Assembly: GCF_018977255.1 (NCBI RefSeq)
Contig: NW_024704742.1
Coordinates: 1,860,001 to 1,924,000 of the forward strand
DNA: 64,000 bases
Source: Callorhinchus milii
Taxonomy: Eukaryota
Direction of reading: 5' to 3'
Below, piece after piece: positions 38,324 to 50,501 of the stretch. The stretch's first letter is position 1, and each line of letters starts with the position of its first letter. The position numbers were made by a program, and so were the translations under genes. Under the pieces are notes generated by a model. That model worked only from the letters and a program-made list of their open reading frames with translations, was not told the origin of the DNA and made no database searches.

Positions 38324-38652
38324 ATAATAATAATAATAATAATAATCCTTGCATTTGATATAGCGCTTTTCACGTCGGGAGGACGTCCCAAAGCGCTTCA
38401 CAGAACACACTGTAAAGTGAATTGACTGCATATTTGTGGGCGAACGCGGCAGCCAATTGCGCACAGCAATGTCCCACACAACAGTCGTAGATTGAAAATG
38501 ACCAATTTATTATTGTTTTGGTTTTGGAGGGATTATTATTAGGCTCTGTGTGGAGTAAGGAAACTTGCCCAAGGTTTCGCCCTCTGCCTGGAATTGAACT
38601 CAGGTCTCTCACTTGCAAAGCGAGTGCTCTAACCACTGAGCTACAGGACTCC
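38324..38652 (-). mobile_element. Young full-length short SINE (tRNA-Ala(TGC)-like head, 3' Deu remnant, L2 tail, (TTA)n)
   Basis: Minus-strand head ggagtcctgtagctcagtggttagagcactcgctttgcaagtgagagacctgagttcaattcc; near-identical to the copy at 63766-64000. Confidence 0.92.
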
Positions 38653-39254
38653 ACTATTTGCCAATATTTTGCTGTATGGTTGACAGAACAGGCTGTTGTT
38701 GGCTTCCATTACAATTTATTCTGTCACCCTTTATGTAAGAGCACACATACAGTGTATAACTGGTTTCCCAAATAATGTTTGTTTTAGAACAGAATTTCAA
38801 TAAACTGCTGGTAAAATAACATTACTACAGTTCACTGAATGATTCCTTCGGTGATTTAGTCTGAATAAACACACGAGCGACATCTCCATTTCATACAAAG
38901 TAGAGTTTCAACATATATGATCTTGTGTTGCAAATTGGCAGCATTCATTGTTCTGAGCACTGAAACCCTGGACAATCCAGGAACCTTTGATAGGTTTGGA
39001 GAATTTGTAGATCAATTTCATATCGGGAATTCTATGAAAATCAGAAGCAGTTGGGCTGGCGCAACCAAAATAGTGTTTTAGTTGAGTGTTTAGATTGTTT
39101 GACTGGAAGTTCACGAGAAGCTGAGAGACTTGGACTCTGATGAGGTCTCGGGGTCCCAGGCAAAGTGTTTTAATCCTCGCTGCTGTCTGTAAAAGGGATT
39201 CCATGTTGTAAATGCTATTTCCATCATGAGCTTCTTTTAGCAGCCACACCAAGG

Positions 39255-39610
39255 TTTTCATTTGAGATATTGCCTTTCACGTCCATAGGACATCTCAAAG
39301 TTGGTAGAATTTTACTATAAAGTTCAGTGACTGTATATTTTGTAAGCGGAAAAAAGCAGATAGTTTTCTCAAGGAGACAAGGGATGGCAGGTGAAACTCC
39401 TTTCCCTTTTCGAATAGTGCCAATGGATCATCAGCGTTACTCTGAACAGGAACTCGGTTTAAACGTCTCATCCGAAGGCCGGGATGTCCGCCAGTGTCAC
39501 CCTCGACACTGTATAAGTGTTAACCCGAACTATCTGAGTCCAATGTCCCAAAGTGTGGCTTGAACCAACGACACTCTGACTCAGAGGCGAGAGTGCGACT
39601 TACTGAGCCG
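39255..39610 (-). mobile_element. DeuSINE (diverged, internally deleted)
   Basis: ctcggtttaaacgtctcatccgaagg and head gactcagaggcgagagtgcg...tactgagcc. Confidence 0.8.
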
Positions 39611-39629
39611 TGTTAATTCCTATAGATTG

Positions 39630-39965
39630 ATAAAATAACCCTTGCAATTGATACGACTCCTTATCATGTTGACATGACATCTCAAAGCACTTCACAGTAT
39701 ATATTGTCACGTGGTTTTGCGAGCGAATCTTGGCAGCCAGTCGCACGCAGCAAAATGTCCCACAAACAGCCAAGGAGTGAGTGACCAATTTTGTTTGGGG
39801 GACAGACAGGCAGACGGCAGCTTGATTTAGCATCTTATCTGAAGGACATCACCTCCGAATATGGCACACTCCCAGCACTGCATCGGATGTGATTCCAAGA
39901 TCCCGACGTGGGGCTTGAACCCACAGCCTCCTGATTCAGAGGTGAGAGTGTTACCACTGAGCCAA
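39630..39965 (-). mobile_element. DeuSINE (diverged, internally deleted)
   Basis: Tail, gtcccacaaacagcc, and head ggcttgaacccacagcctcctgattcagaggtgagagtgttaccactgagcca. Confidence 0.8.
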
Positions 39966-42900
39966 ACAGGTTTCTGTACATTGCATAGATGTTAGTAAAA
40001 AAAAAGTTAGTGAAACTGCATCAGAAAAAGAGCTATTCCCAAAGTGTTGAAAACCCATTACTGATGGGCTGTTCCCCCACCTCCGGAAGGTATGATTTGT
40101 GTTCTGTAATTTTATTCTTATACATCTATCTCATTATACCACTCAAATGGAGCTCTGCTAGTAGGGTGGGCAAACAGTAATGAACAGGAGACCTCTTGTC
40201 AGGTTTGCAGATTGTTCCTTGTCAATCACAGGGACAAGGCCAGTTTATTTTCCCTCAGATGCCGGCAGAGAGAAAAAAAATGTAGCCTTTAGTTTTTGCT
40301 GCATGTCTTGCACTATTAGTGAAGCATTACAGAGTGCTTCCTGTAGAGCACAGCTGTGAAGAGAAGCATTGCTTTGCCTCAGACTAAATATAAACCAGCG
40401 TGCTCTAAGTAGCATGGAAACGTTCCAGCAAATTTAACGCAAACTTCCAGCTTGTTCAGGTTGAAGTTATTGCAAAGGTCTCAAATGGAGACAAATGCAG
40501 TCTTTTTAAGTTCAAGCCTCCACAACGTAAAGCAATATTAATGTGCGCCAAAGTGGCTTCAGCAGCTTTTCTTTTGTCTGATTTTCTGGTCTTGCACTTG
40601 GATTTCACCAATGGTTTAATGATTGTCCTTACCTTCCGTGGCCCGTTAGCTGTGTACGTAGACTCAATGCTCTTTGGTCATTTTCCCACCCCTCCCTTCT
40701 TGGTCTACTTGTGTCTAATCTTCAGCTTGGGTGCAAAACCCTTCATCGTCCAGTGCCTTGGGACGCCCTCCCAATGTGAAAGGCGCTACACGAATGCAAT
40801 TTGTTGTTGTTGCGAAATAAGAACTTGGACTTCAGAGATCCGTTTTTTTAAATTCTGCCAATTGCATCCTTTTTCCCAAACCGTTTGCTCACAGAGTTGC
40901 TGAATCCCACTGCAGGTTTACAATGGGAACATAATCCAAATGAGAAGCGGGGGTTTATGTAAATGGAGGTCTTTGCTGTTCGATTTTTTTTTTACCTTTA
41001 TCCACGGTAGCATCTGAAATGGAAGGTTTGCAAATAGGACGTGTCAATCCTGAAGGTAGCCGTTAAGTTGTTCTCTGGAAGCTTGCTCAGGTGGCACTGA
41101 TGTTGATCTACTGCTCGGAGCTGGGAGCTGTAATGTGGCTTCAGGGAAGTTGGAACTGAGATTGATGTCTGAGCAGAGTTTTGGATGCTGACCCTCGCAT
41201 CTGGGCACCTGAAAGATTATTTGTTTACAGATCTTTTTGCAAGTCTTAAACATTAGACCCAGTGTCAAAGTTTGCTCGGAGTGTCGGGGATAGATTGGAC
41301 AGGGGAGTGAAGAACATTTTCCTCGTAAGCTTTGGGCAGAGCATAAACTGCTCTGCGCTATATGCCTTTATAATATAACTGCATTTTGCTGTGATTTGCT
41401 CATTAATTGTTCAACAATCTAAAAATAAGCCTATTAGAATGGGAAGCTTGAGCGTCTGTCCGTGTTATCAATTTACACCTCTTTGCATAACAAACACAGA
41501 ACACCAGGCTGACAAAGTCTTTTAAGGGCATCTTTCCTTGCACACAATCTATCTGTCTCATGTAGCAAAGGCTGCGAAGGTTTGTTAAGAAAAATCCTAT
41601 TTTGGAGACAAATTAATTGGACAGTCTACCTTGGCAAGTTTCCTTTAGGGTTAGAGGTTATCCATCACTGTGTGTGAAGGCTTCACGCGGACATGAAAAC
41701 CAGTCAAACCCATAAACTTCCACAGACCCCAAACCATCACTTGTTCACTGTGCCTTTCCTTTCCTCCTCGATGAATCCCTCAACAACTCACGAGGCCCAA
41801 ATATTCTCACCGTCTCCGCCTTAAAATTCAAGATTGTTCAGAACTTTAGAAGTGAAAGGTGCTGTACATTTGTAATTTGTGGTTGTTGCGTTCGCCTAAA
41901 AAAAAATAATAGTCACTACATTTCATAATGTACCCTGTGAATCCCTGTCACCCGGTCACTGCCCTTCTAAGTCCTGCCAATGAGCCAGGCTGCCTGACCT
42001 GTCACCAGCGTGCTGTGGGCCGGCCTGGCTCAGGAACCGGACTACCGAGGCTGTCATTAGAAAACACGCTCAAGTCCAATAGTCCGTTGCCAACCACGTC
42101 ACCATGGACTCAGTTCAGCTCCGATGAGATCCCGTCCGAAGGACTGTAACCAGTGGGTAGCGCTATGTGCTCCAGTACCAACAATACCGCGATGATAGAT
42201 GTTCCCTCAGTGAACAATAAGGTTCAGGAGATAACCTACCGAGGAAAGCAACTGAAGTAAAGCGATGGAATGAGTGGTCTGCTGTTTGCCTGTACACGGA
42301 GTTTGTGCTCTGCTTCAATTGAAATATCTGCGAAAAGATGAGCTCAGAATGCGACACAGGTAGATGTTTGAGTCTGTCGCCATTCTTTTTATTTCAGTGC
42401 CTTCGGTTTGAGATAAAAAATACGAAGGGATTTTTATTGTTATCTCCCCCTCCTCTCCTCTCTCCCCCCTCCCCCCCCCCCCCACTTCTCCGGTCAATAG
42501 AAACCCACATGATCTTCCTTCTTGCTCGTTGTGGGGAAAGAAACAGATGTGTTGCGGATCGAACATCTGGCAGAGGCAACACCCGATCGCCTTCAGCTAG
42601 TTGGTCCTCAGCTATTCGCCTCGTATTTTTTTCTGAGCCAAAATTGCCACAAGCATGCTGTTCCGTGTTTTTCTCTTGCCTAATAGATGTTTTGGAAACT
42701 AGGTGGCTGACAGTAATTATAACAAATAAATACATAAACATGGAAATCTGTGAAGCTCCGAGGCACTTGTACGTGGGTAGGTTTTTATCCTGGCATGTCA
42801 AACTGTTCACACAGGTCAGAACGCGGTGCTAGGGGTTGGGCGAGGGGGAGAAATGACAATATATTCCCAAATAGGAAATCAAATACCGCTGAATTATGTT

Positions 42901-43342
42901 GGTGCCTTTCGAAAATATCCAGTTTGTAAAATAAAAAGCTATTTGTGATTTCTTAGCGCTGGCAAAGGGGGAAATAAAAAGCCAATTTAGGGGGCGAAAT
43001 ATCAAAGGCGTGAGTGGTCCTTAGAAAATGGTTTGTGAATGTCACCATTTTGATCCTAATGATAGGAAATAATAATAATAATCCTTTCGTTTGATATAGT
43101 ACCGCTCACATTTGAAGGACGTCTCAAAGTGCTTCGCGATGGATACAATGCACCGAATAGGCTTCTTCAGTGCTAGAAATTGCTATAGTTCCTGTGGTTC
43201 ATAGGATTTTACTGGCAACTGTAGTGACTGTTTTTTTTTCAGGCAAAACACAATTGCAATATTGGAAGAGTATCCAATCCCAGAAGGACTAGAATTTGCA
43301 TCCACTGGAGAGAAAAAAACAAAATGAAAAAAAAAATATTAA

Positions 43343-43520
43343 ATTGGTCACTTCAATCCACGGCTGTTTGTGGGGGACGCCCCTGTGCGCAAATGGCTGC
43401 CGTGTTTCTCCCACAAAATACGCGGTCAATTCACTCGACAGTATATTCTGTGCAGAGCTTTGAGACGTCTCGAAGACGTGATAAGGCGCCGTATCAAATG
43501 AGAGGATTATTATTATTATT
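43343..43520 (+). mobile_element. SINE 3' half
   Basis: tggtcacttcaatccacggctgtttgtgggg...gagacgtctcgaagacgtgataaggcgccgtatcaaatg followed by (TTA)n. Confidence 0.85.
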
Positions 43521-44329
43521 AGATGGATCACAGTGTGCATTCCCCTGCCTGTTGCCTGACGGGTTTCAGCGTGGTGCATCTTGGCGCTTACAATACAGTA
43601 CCTGGTGGAGCTGCGCGCGCTCCTCCATACCCCTTACCAGCGGCACCTGAGAGAGGCACCTGTCTCTGGGTTCTTTTCTCTTCGAAATTCTAAGCCGAGG
43701 AGGCAATCGGGGCCTGAAGCTATGAAAGAGTTTTGTAAGAAGTCGGGATCTCTCCTCACTTAAACCAACCCAGAGAGAAGTGTTTAGACAGGGATAACCA
43801 TCCCAGGAGTACAAATTGCAGCGAGTGCTTCATTTTTTTTCAAAGAAAAGAAAAGAATCTTTGAGACGAATATTACACTTCTTAGGCTGAGCAGAAGCCC
43901 GGTAATGATGGCCTTTAAACTATTGGTGAAGAAAGCACTGCTGGGCTCTCTGTGTTAAACAACATTATTTGTTTACTCATTTTAAAAGTGGGATTAAACC
44001 ATATGGAAGCCCCGGAGGCCCTATGTAAATTATCCCTTGTGATCTTTTCAGCGTTGCATGGAGTTTGTATTACCAGGTGGCGGCTAGCAATGTGAGCTTT
44101 GCGAAGTTAGCTGGAAAGGGTGGGAGTTGGAAGGCTGCCCATTTGCCAGAAAGAATGCTGCCGGGATAAATTATAAATTATCAGAAGGGTTAATGCAGCC
44201 TCTGTGTCACTTTGTTCCACAGCGTCTGTTTACCGAGCAGTAAATAGGAATCCGGTTGTTAGTCAATTGGCTGACCGCTTTTCCAGTAATAATAACCCCT
44301 CCCCAAGAAAATAAAAATAATAATACTAA

Positions 44330-44510
44330 TTCGGTCACTCAATCCACGACTGTTTGTGGGACGCTGCTGTGCGAAATTGGCGGCCCCATTTCTCCCACAA
44401 ACACATGCAGGCCAGGTCACTTTACAACGTATTCCGTGAAGCGCTTTGAGATGTCTCGAAGATGCGACAAGGCGCTATATCAAAGGCAAGGATTTTTTTT
44501 ATTGTTATTA
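44330..44510 (+). mobile_element. SINE 3' half
   Basis: Same family as 43343-43520. Confidence 0.85.
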
Positions 44511-44814
44511 CTTAACAGCTGTTGTTCAGTGTTTATTCAGAGGGAGGCCATCCAAATTGAAACCCTGGCCACCTGCCTACATTTGCAGGTTCTTCTACAC
44601 TCAGCTCGCTGCTGACCTGAGGCTCTTGTATTTCCAGTAGGCAGTCTTGCTTTGATCAAGTCTTTGTTCCTTGATTGAAAGAATTGTCATGCCCTGACAG
44701 ACCCTCGGTCTGAAGACTTTTTGAACTGGGCTTCAGTTCATTTCAAACAAAGGGTCCACAGCAAGAAACCGATTGAACATTTTTATAAGGTGCGTGGCCT
44801 CAATAGTGTGATGA

Positions 44815-45050
44815 TAATAGATTTGTGCACTGCAACATCCAACCAACTGTTGACCGAGACGCTGGGAGAACCACCCTTCGCTTGTTGAACCGTGCCGTGG
44901 GATCTTTAATGCGCGCTCGAACACGCAGACGGGACCTCAGCTTCACGTCTCATCCAAAGGACACCACATTTCGCAATGCAGGGCACCCTTGGCACTGGAA
45001 TGCCTGTGTAGACTGGGAGATCAAATTCCCAACAATGGGGCTCGATTTGG
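44815..45050 (-). mobile_element. DeuSINE core fragment
   Basis: gtgccgtgggatctttaat...gcagacgggacctc...cgtctcatccaaagga. Confidence 0.7.
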
Positions 45051-45319
45051 TGAACTTCAGTAAATTAGTTTGACTTCTGAGGTCTGTGCCTTTAATTCAT
45101 TCACTATGATCTCTTGCAGATTATGCTAATAGAATCGCTGTAAGATCTACTGACATGGATCTTCGTCTCTAAATGCCTCCTCGGGGATTCCGAGCCTTAC
45201 CATATGGAGAACACCAGGGGTGCAAAGCAGTGCTTCTTGTTGAAACTCCTGTGATGAAATGCCAGACACTACTATGTCTTTAATGTCTACAATATATGTG
45301 TCCCGGGGAAGCAAAGTAA

Positions 45320-45632
45320 ATACGCATCCCCTATCAACCTGTCCGCTCCCTCCGCTCAGCCTGCTTCACCCAACTCGCCCTACCATCAGTGTTCGGGCTT
45401 TCAACCTCTCTGCCCCCACCCTTTTGAACTCCATCCCACATTCCCTTGCCTCCCATCCAGTCACGTCACAAGACCCTCCTCTTCCACCGCACATTCAGCC
45501 TCCTTCCCTGCCCTCCACCCTCCCTGATCCCAACCAGCCCTGCTCAGGTCCGAATCCCTGACTGTCCAGCGCCTTGGGACGTCCTCCCTATGTGAAAAGC
45601 GCTACACAAATGTAATTTTGCATTGTATTGAT
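45320..45632 (+). mobile_element. Older L2 3' end
   Basis: RPTISVRAFNLSAPTLLNSIP followed by the tail hairpin. Confidence 0.8.
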
Positions 45633-46202
45633 TAGATGTCCTCTGACATTCCATTATATTTAATGTTTGACCTACCCAACGTTCCCTGCTCTCTCCACCC
45701 CACCACCGTACAGTCTCCCCGTAAATTTAATTTAAACAACCTTCAAGAGATATTACAGTGGAAGCAGTCCATTGATTATTGATTTGAGTTGCATGAAAAC
45801 TGAAACAGAAATGGGTTGGGTGAAGACGTCGAGTTGTCTTAAAGCACTTCACAAGATGTATTGTAAAGTGATGTGACTGTGTGCATTTTGTAGGCAAACA
45901 CGGCAACCAATTTGCGTACAGCACTGTCCCAGAAACAGCCATGGAAGGAGTGAGATTATTGAAGAGAGCAAGTGTATTAAGGAGACTGAAATGCAGTGTG
46001 ATGGTTGACAGATTATTTTGAATCCAACAATGTTTTTATTTGCATATATATATTTTCATATCGGCAAAGCCTGAATGGATTGATACGTAGTCTAATTAGA
46101 TGAATCAACTTATCTAAGGGGAGAGTGATATTGGAGTAGTCGGGAACCCAGAGAGATTAAAATGAAAGCCCTGTGTTTTGATGACCTTTCTTTTCTTTCC
46201 AG

Positions 46203-46280
46203 AGTGCAGAAATGAGCCCTGCAAGCAGCACTCACTCACTTCCGGTCAGCCCGATCACCGAGATGCCATTCCCTTTCAAG
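46203..46280 (+). CDS. CCSER1: Internal coding exon (78 nt, phase 0/0) of coiled-coil serine-rich protein 1 (CCSER1/FAM190A)
   Basis: Polypyrimidine acceptor tttcttttctttccAG ends at 46202; donor AAG|gtagga begins at 46281. The 26 open codons read SAEMSPASSTHSLPVSPITEMPFPFK, close to the human CCSER1 segment as I recall it (SADMSPASSTTSLPVSPLTEEPVPFK). Flanking exons were not found, so the rest of the window is inferred to be intron. Confidence 0.9.
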
Positions 46281-47014
46281 GTAGGATAAATGCTTGTATT
46301 GAGGTAAAGTAGAGAGGTTAGGATAGAAAGTCCAGGTCCTAACTCTGTAGGAATTGACCTCGTTTTGTGCCCGGACCGTTCTCCCCGGGCTGAAGCGACG
46401 AAAGATTGCAGTCGTCGAACATTTGAAACAATCGGATGTTTGAATCAGCTTGAAATAACGTCTGGGTTCAGTTTTATAATGGAATTCCTTAATAAGAAAT
46501 GCAATTCGCGCAACAGGAGTTGGTCTCCTCCAAAAACCTGAAGGACATCTCGTCGCCCCGCGAGAATCTTGTTCCGACTCAGTCTATGTCTGGAGTAGAG
46601 TTTTTGGTGTCAGCTGACAGGGATTGTGACAGTGTTCCTTCTGAAAGAATCCCGGGAAGAAATAACACAAATATTAGATGCCATGACATCTGGGCGCGGG
46701 TAGTTGTAGCGCGGGTAGTTGTACTTCACTTGCTTCAAAAGGATTCAGTAAACAAGTATTTTGTTTGAAGAAGATGTTTCCCAGGAAAGGTTGGCTGATG
46801 CCAGCACACGTAAGAATTAGCTTGATGCTGCAGCAAATCATTGACTTGAGTCAAAGGATGTTCTTCACTTGGATTTATTTGGCATTCCTGGACTCATTCC
46901 ATTTAGTTTGACTGAGGTGGAAATTTTTGAACCAGCCTCCGAGACCGTTTTGGGACGGTTGATTCCCCCTTCCATCCCCACAAGGGAAGCAAAACATCAA
47001 ATCGGTAAACAATA

Positions 47015-47295
47015 AACTACAATCCTTGCCTTTCACGTTGGGTGGACATCTCAAAGTGGCTTCACAGGATTTACTGTGAAGTTTAGGGACTGTGTGTTTT
47101 GTAGGCAAACAAGGTAGCTATTTTGCGCACAGCAATATCCAATCAGCGATGAAGTGAACCACTTTTTTTTCCGGGGGAATTGTTGACCGGTACACCGGGA
47201 GAAACTCCCTTCCTTTTTTTAACCAATCGTGCCGTAGGATTTTTTTTAGCATCCACCTGAACAGGCATAAGGGTTGAACGTCCCACTTGAAAGGA
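47015..47295 (-). mobile_element. DeuSINE (diverged)
   Basis: Tail, ttttgcgcacagcaat, acaccgggagaaactccct and catccacctgaacaggca. Confidence 0.75.
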
Positions 47296-47739
47296 CTGTT
47301 CCAGTTGTTAATTACACTCTGAGTGAAGAAACACTTCCTGGTATCTGTCCCGGAATTGCCGTCTACAACTTTAAACCTACGTCCTCTCGTTCTGCTGTCT
47401 TGGAGTGTCCTAACGTATTATTCCTTTGATGTTCAGTATAGTTCAGGGCTCCGGAATGGCTGAAATAAAGAAACGCTTGTTTTTCTGATATCTTCGAAAT
47501 AAGTGTTTCTTGTTACGTCTATAGCATAACTGAAAGGGTGTCATTTTGCAATATAATTATGTTTCTTTGAAAATTCTGTAATTTAGAGCTGTGGTGAATT
47601 AGCCGCACTCAGCTCTCATGGCAGGTGTTACAAATGAACTGAGTGCCCTGCGTTCGGGAAGGAAAGCTTCAGACAGTGTTTCCATGGTGACTCATATTGC
47701 CCATTGCAACCTCTTTCAAGGACTACAGGACCACTGCTG

Positions 47740-48645
47740 TTCTGACCAATTGACTGTCAGGCAATCAGTCCTAGATGAGCTTTAACTTTCTTTGGTTGAA
47801 CATCGACACGACCAAGATTCCCCTTTTTGGCTCCCATCGATTCCCGAGGAGATAAGGTGCTAACGGCATCAACCTGTGTGGACGCACTCTCTCTCCATCT
47901 CGCAGTGCCTCTGCGAACCTCGGTGTCTTGTGTGGCTCCCAACTGTCCTCGAAACCCCACGTCCGTGCTCTGACCTGTTCAGCGTTCCCTCACCGCAAAA
48001 GAAACATTGCCCACCTCTGCCGCTACCTCTTCCCCCTGGACCGCTGAGAAACCTCATCAGACCTTTACCTTGAGACCTTGAGTGTGTCATCGCCCTGCTT
48101 TCTGAGTTCCCCAACTCTTTTCTGCATTGGTTGCAGACTGCGGAGAACTCTGCATGCCATGTCCTCTCCCGCACCAAGCTCTGTGAGCCTATCACCTATT
48201 CTTGTTCAGCTCCACTGGCTCCCCGTCGGATCAAGATCCTCATTCTCACCCTCCAACCCCTTTGTGATCTGGCCCCACCCCAACCTCTGCAACTTCCTGT
48301 GACAACACCCTACCCGGCCATTCCCTTCGCTCAGTGAACGTCGGCCTGCTTCATTGCCCCCGTCCTATTTGTCCTGCCGTTGGTGGGTAAGGTTTCACCC
48401 GTTCTGCCGTGCTCTCTGGAACTCCATAATGGAATCTCTCCCAACTTGTTCCCTCCCTCATTCAAGACTCATTTCAGGACACTCCCGCGCACACACTCTC
48501 ACACTCCCACTCGCACGTTCGCGCACACACACACACACACACACTCACATTTGCTTGTGCTTTTGGTCATCTTGCTCCTCCCCACCCCCTTCGGTTCCCA
48601 CCCTGGGGCTGTCGAGACATCCTCCCAACATGAAAGACGTCAAAC
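47740..48645 (+). mobile_element. Old, decayed L2 ORF2 3' region
   Basis: QTAENSACHVLSRTKLCEPIT..LHWLP...IKILILT...ALWNS; interrupted by a (CA)n at ~48524-48545. Confidence 0.7.
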
Positions 48646-49044
48646 AGAGAGAGGTAAATTGGATTGGGATTGTACTGGAGATGGTGTGCTTGTGTGGGTG
48701 ATAAGTGAAAATGGGATTGAGTTTGGTTGCAATTACTCTTGTCCCAGGTTGAACAGCCTGCTGGCATTTCGTGCCAAGCCTCGCACGTGAACAGTGGCCT
48801 CTTGATTGATGCACAACTGGAGGGTGACTTACGACCTGTGGAATTGCACTCCCACAAGGACACGGGGCAAAAAAGAATCTAAATACCTTTCAGAGATTTC
48901 CCATTACATCTGTCTTGAGTGTCCACTGTCTGAAGCAGACCAGTTTCACCCGACTTTATACTTCCATTATTGCTATTACCGCTGTTAGGATTTTGTATTG
49001 CTCTTGACAATTAATTGTCCCAATTGGTTCAGAAGCGCCTGTGG

Positions 49045-49230
49045 TTATTAATAATAATAATAATAGTAATAATAATCTTTGCATTTTATATAGAGCCTTA
49101 TCACATCATTGAGACCTCTCAAAGCGCTTCAAAGAATATACCATAATGTGAATTGACTGTATAGTTTGTGGGCGAAACTCGTTAGCCAATTGCGCACAGC
49201 AGTGCCCCACAAACAGTTGTGGATTGAGTT
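49045..49230 (-). mobile_element. SINE 3' half
   Basis: (TAA)n, tail, and agccaattgcgcacagcagtgccccacaaacag. Confidence 0.85.
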
Positions 49231-49874
49231 ATTATTGATTGGATTATTGGATTATTATTATTGTTTTTTTGGAAGGGATTTTTACTCACAGAAAGCTCTA
49301 GATCCTCCAGATTTTTATCACTGCCGCATCAAAAGGACTGCTCTCCTAACCAAAAGTTGGTTTTCTCACCTATCAAAGCTTCTCGAGGTAGAGGTTAGCT
49401 CGATTGCAAACCATCTGTCCGTATCTGCATAGATATACATTTGTAGCTTAATATGTTTATCTATGTTTGTCGCTTACCTTTGGCATCTCTAAATAACGTA
49501 TCTCGAATAGTACGGACAGGGACCGTTTCAGTTGGAGACATCTGAAACCTTTACGATGCAAGTTCTTCAGCCACCAAAAGATAACCTCCATGCCTTTAGC
49601 CTGCTATCTGTAAAACTATCTAAAATTCGAGAATTATTATTATCTTTCATCTATAAATAAGTGTGTGGTTCTCATGTCGGTTCCTCTTTGGCTTGTGAGT
49701 AGTTTAAATGTTTTTGTGAACTTGTAGCAAGCTTTTTTTAAAAATGAAAAAAAAGGCCGGTTTGGAAAAAAAAAGATATTTTGTGGAGGAAATCAATTTG
49801 AATTCATAATGAAAGACGTTCATACCTGCATCAAAAAATTGTATACACGTTGAGTGTAGGATCTAAATAACAAT

Positions 49875-50501
49875 ATAATAATAATCCTAATAGCAATAAT
49901 TATCCTTGCGTTTGAATTTGCACCTTATAGCGTCAGGAAGTCTCAAAACCCTTCACAGGTTTTACTGGGAAGTACAGTGACTGTTTTTTTCTGGGCGAAC
50001 ACAGTAGTCAATTTGCATGCAGATATGTCTCGCAAACAGCTGAGATAAGTCAGCCGATCTGTCATCTGGACGATTGTTGGCCAGGAGAAACTCCCTTATC
50101 TTTGCAAATAGTATCATGGCATCTTTAACGTTCCCCTGAACAGGCAGACCTCGATTTATCATCTCATCCAACGAGGCAACAATCCAACCACGCAGTGCCT
50201 TTCCAGCAATGCACTGGAGTGTGTCATCCTCGACTGTGACTGAAAGTCCTGACTTGGGACTTCAACACATCAGAGGGCTACCAACTGAGCCCGGCTCACC
50301 GACGCTGAGCCCGGCTCACCGACGCTGAGCCCGGCTCACCGACGCTGAGCCCGGCTCACCGACGCTGAGCCCGGCTCACCGACGCTGAGCCCGGCTCACC
50401 GACGCTGAGCCCGGCTCACCGTCGCTGAGCCCGGCTCACCGACGCTGAGCCCGGCTCACCGACGCTGAGCCCGGCTCACCGACGCTGAGCCCGGCTGACA
50501 C
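49875..50501 (-). mobile_element. DeuSINE whose 5' head has expanded into a minisatellite
   Basis: Tail and Deu domain at 49900-50230; the head ctaccaactgagc runs into the tandem array and ends ggctgacac. Confidence 0.8.
50285..50501. repeat. 20-bp minisatellite (CTGAGCCCGGCTCACCGACG), ~11 copies
   Basis: Counted directly; one variant unit (gtcg at 50421-50424). Confidence 0.97.

Noticed and set aside
38231-38479. Duplicated small protein MWDIAVRNWLPRSPTN... (also at 63718-63921)
   Set aside because: A chance frame within two copies of the same SINE, running through the (TTA)n tail.
38575-38652. tRNA-Ala gene (similarly tRNA-like sequences at 34910-34978, 18025-18093 and 31955-32022)
   Set aside because: These are SINE heads: no proper acceptor stem, and each is fused to a SINE body and tail.
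50285-50501. CRISPR-like array of palindromic repeats
   Set aside because: No unique spacers, no cas genes and a eukaryotic context; it is a head-to-tail minisatellite.
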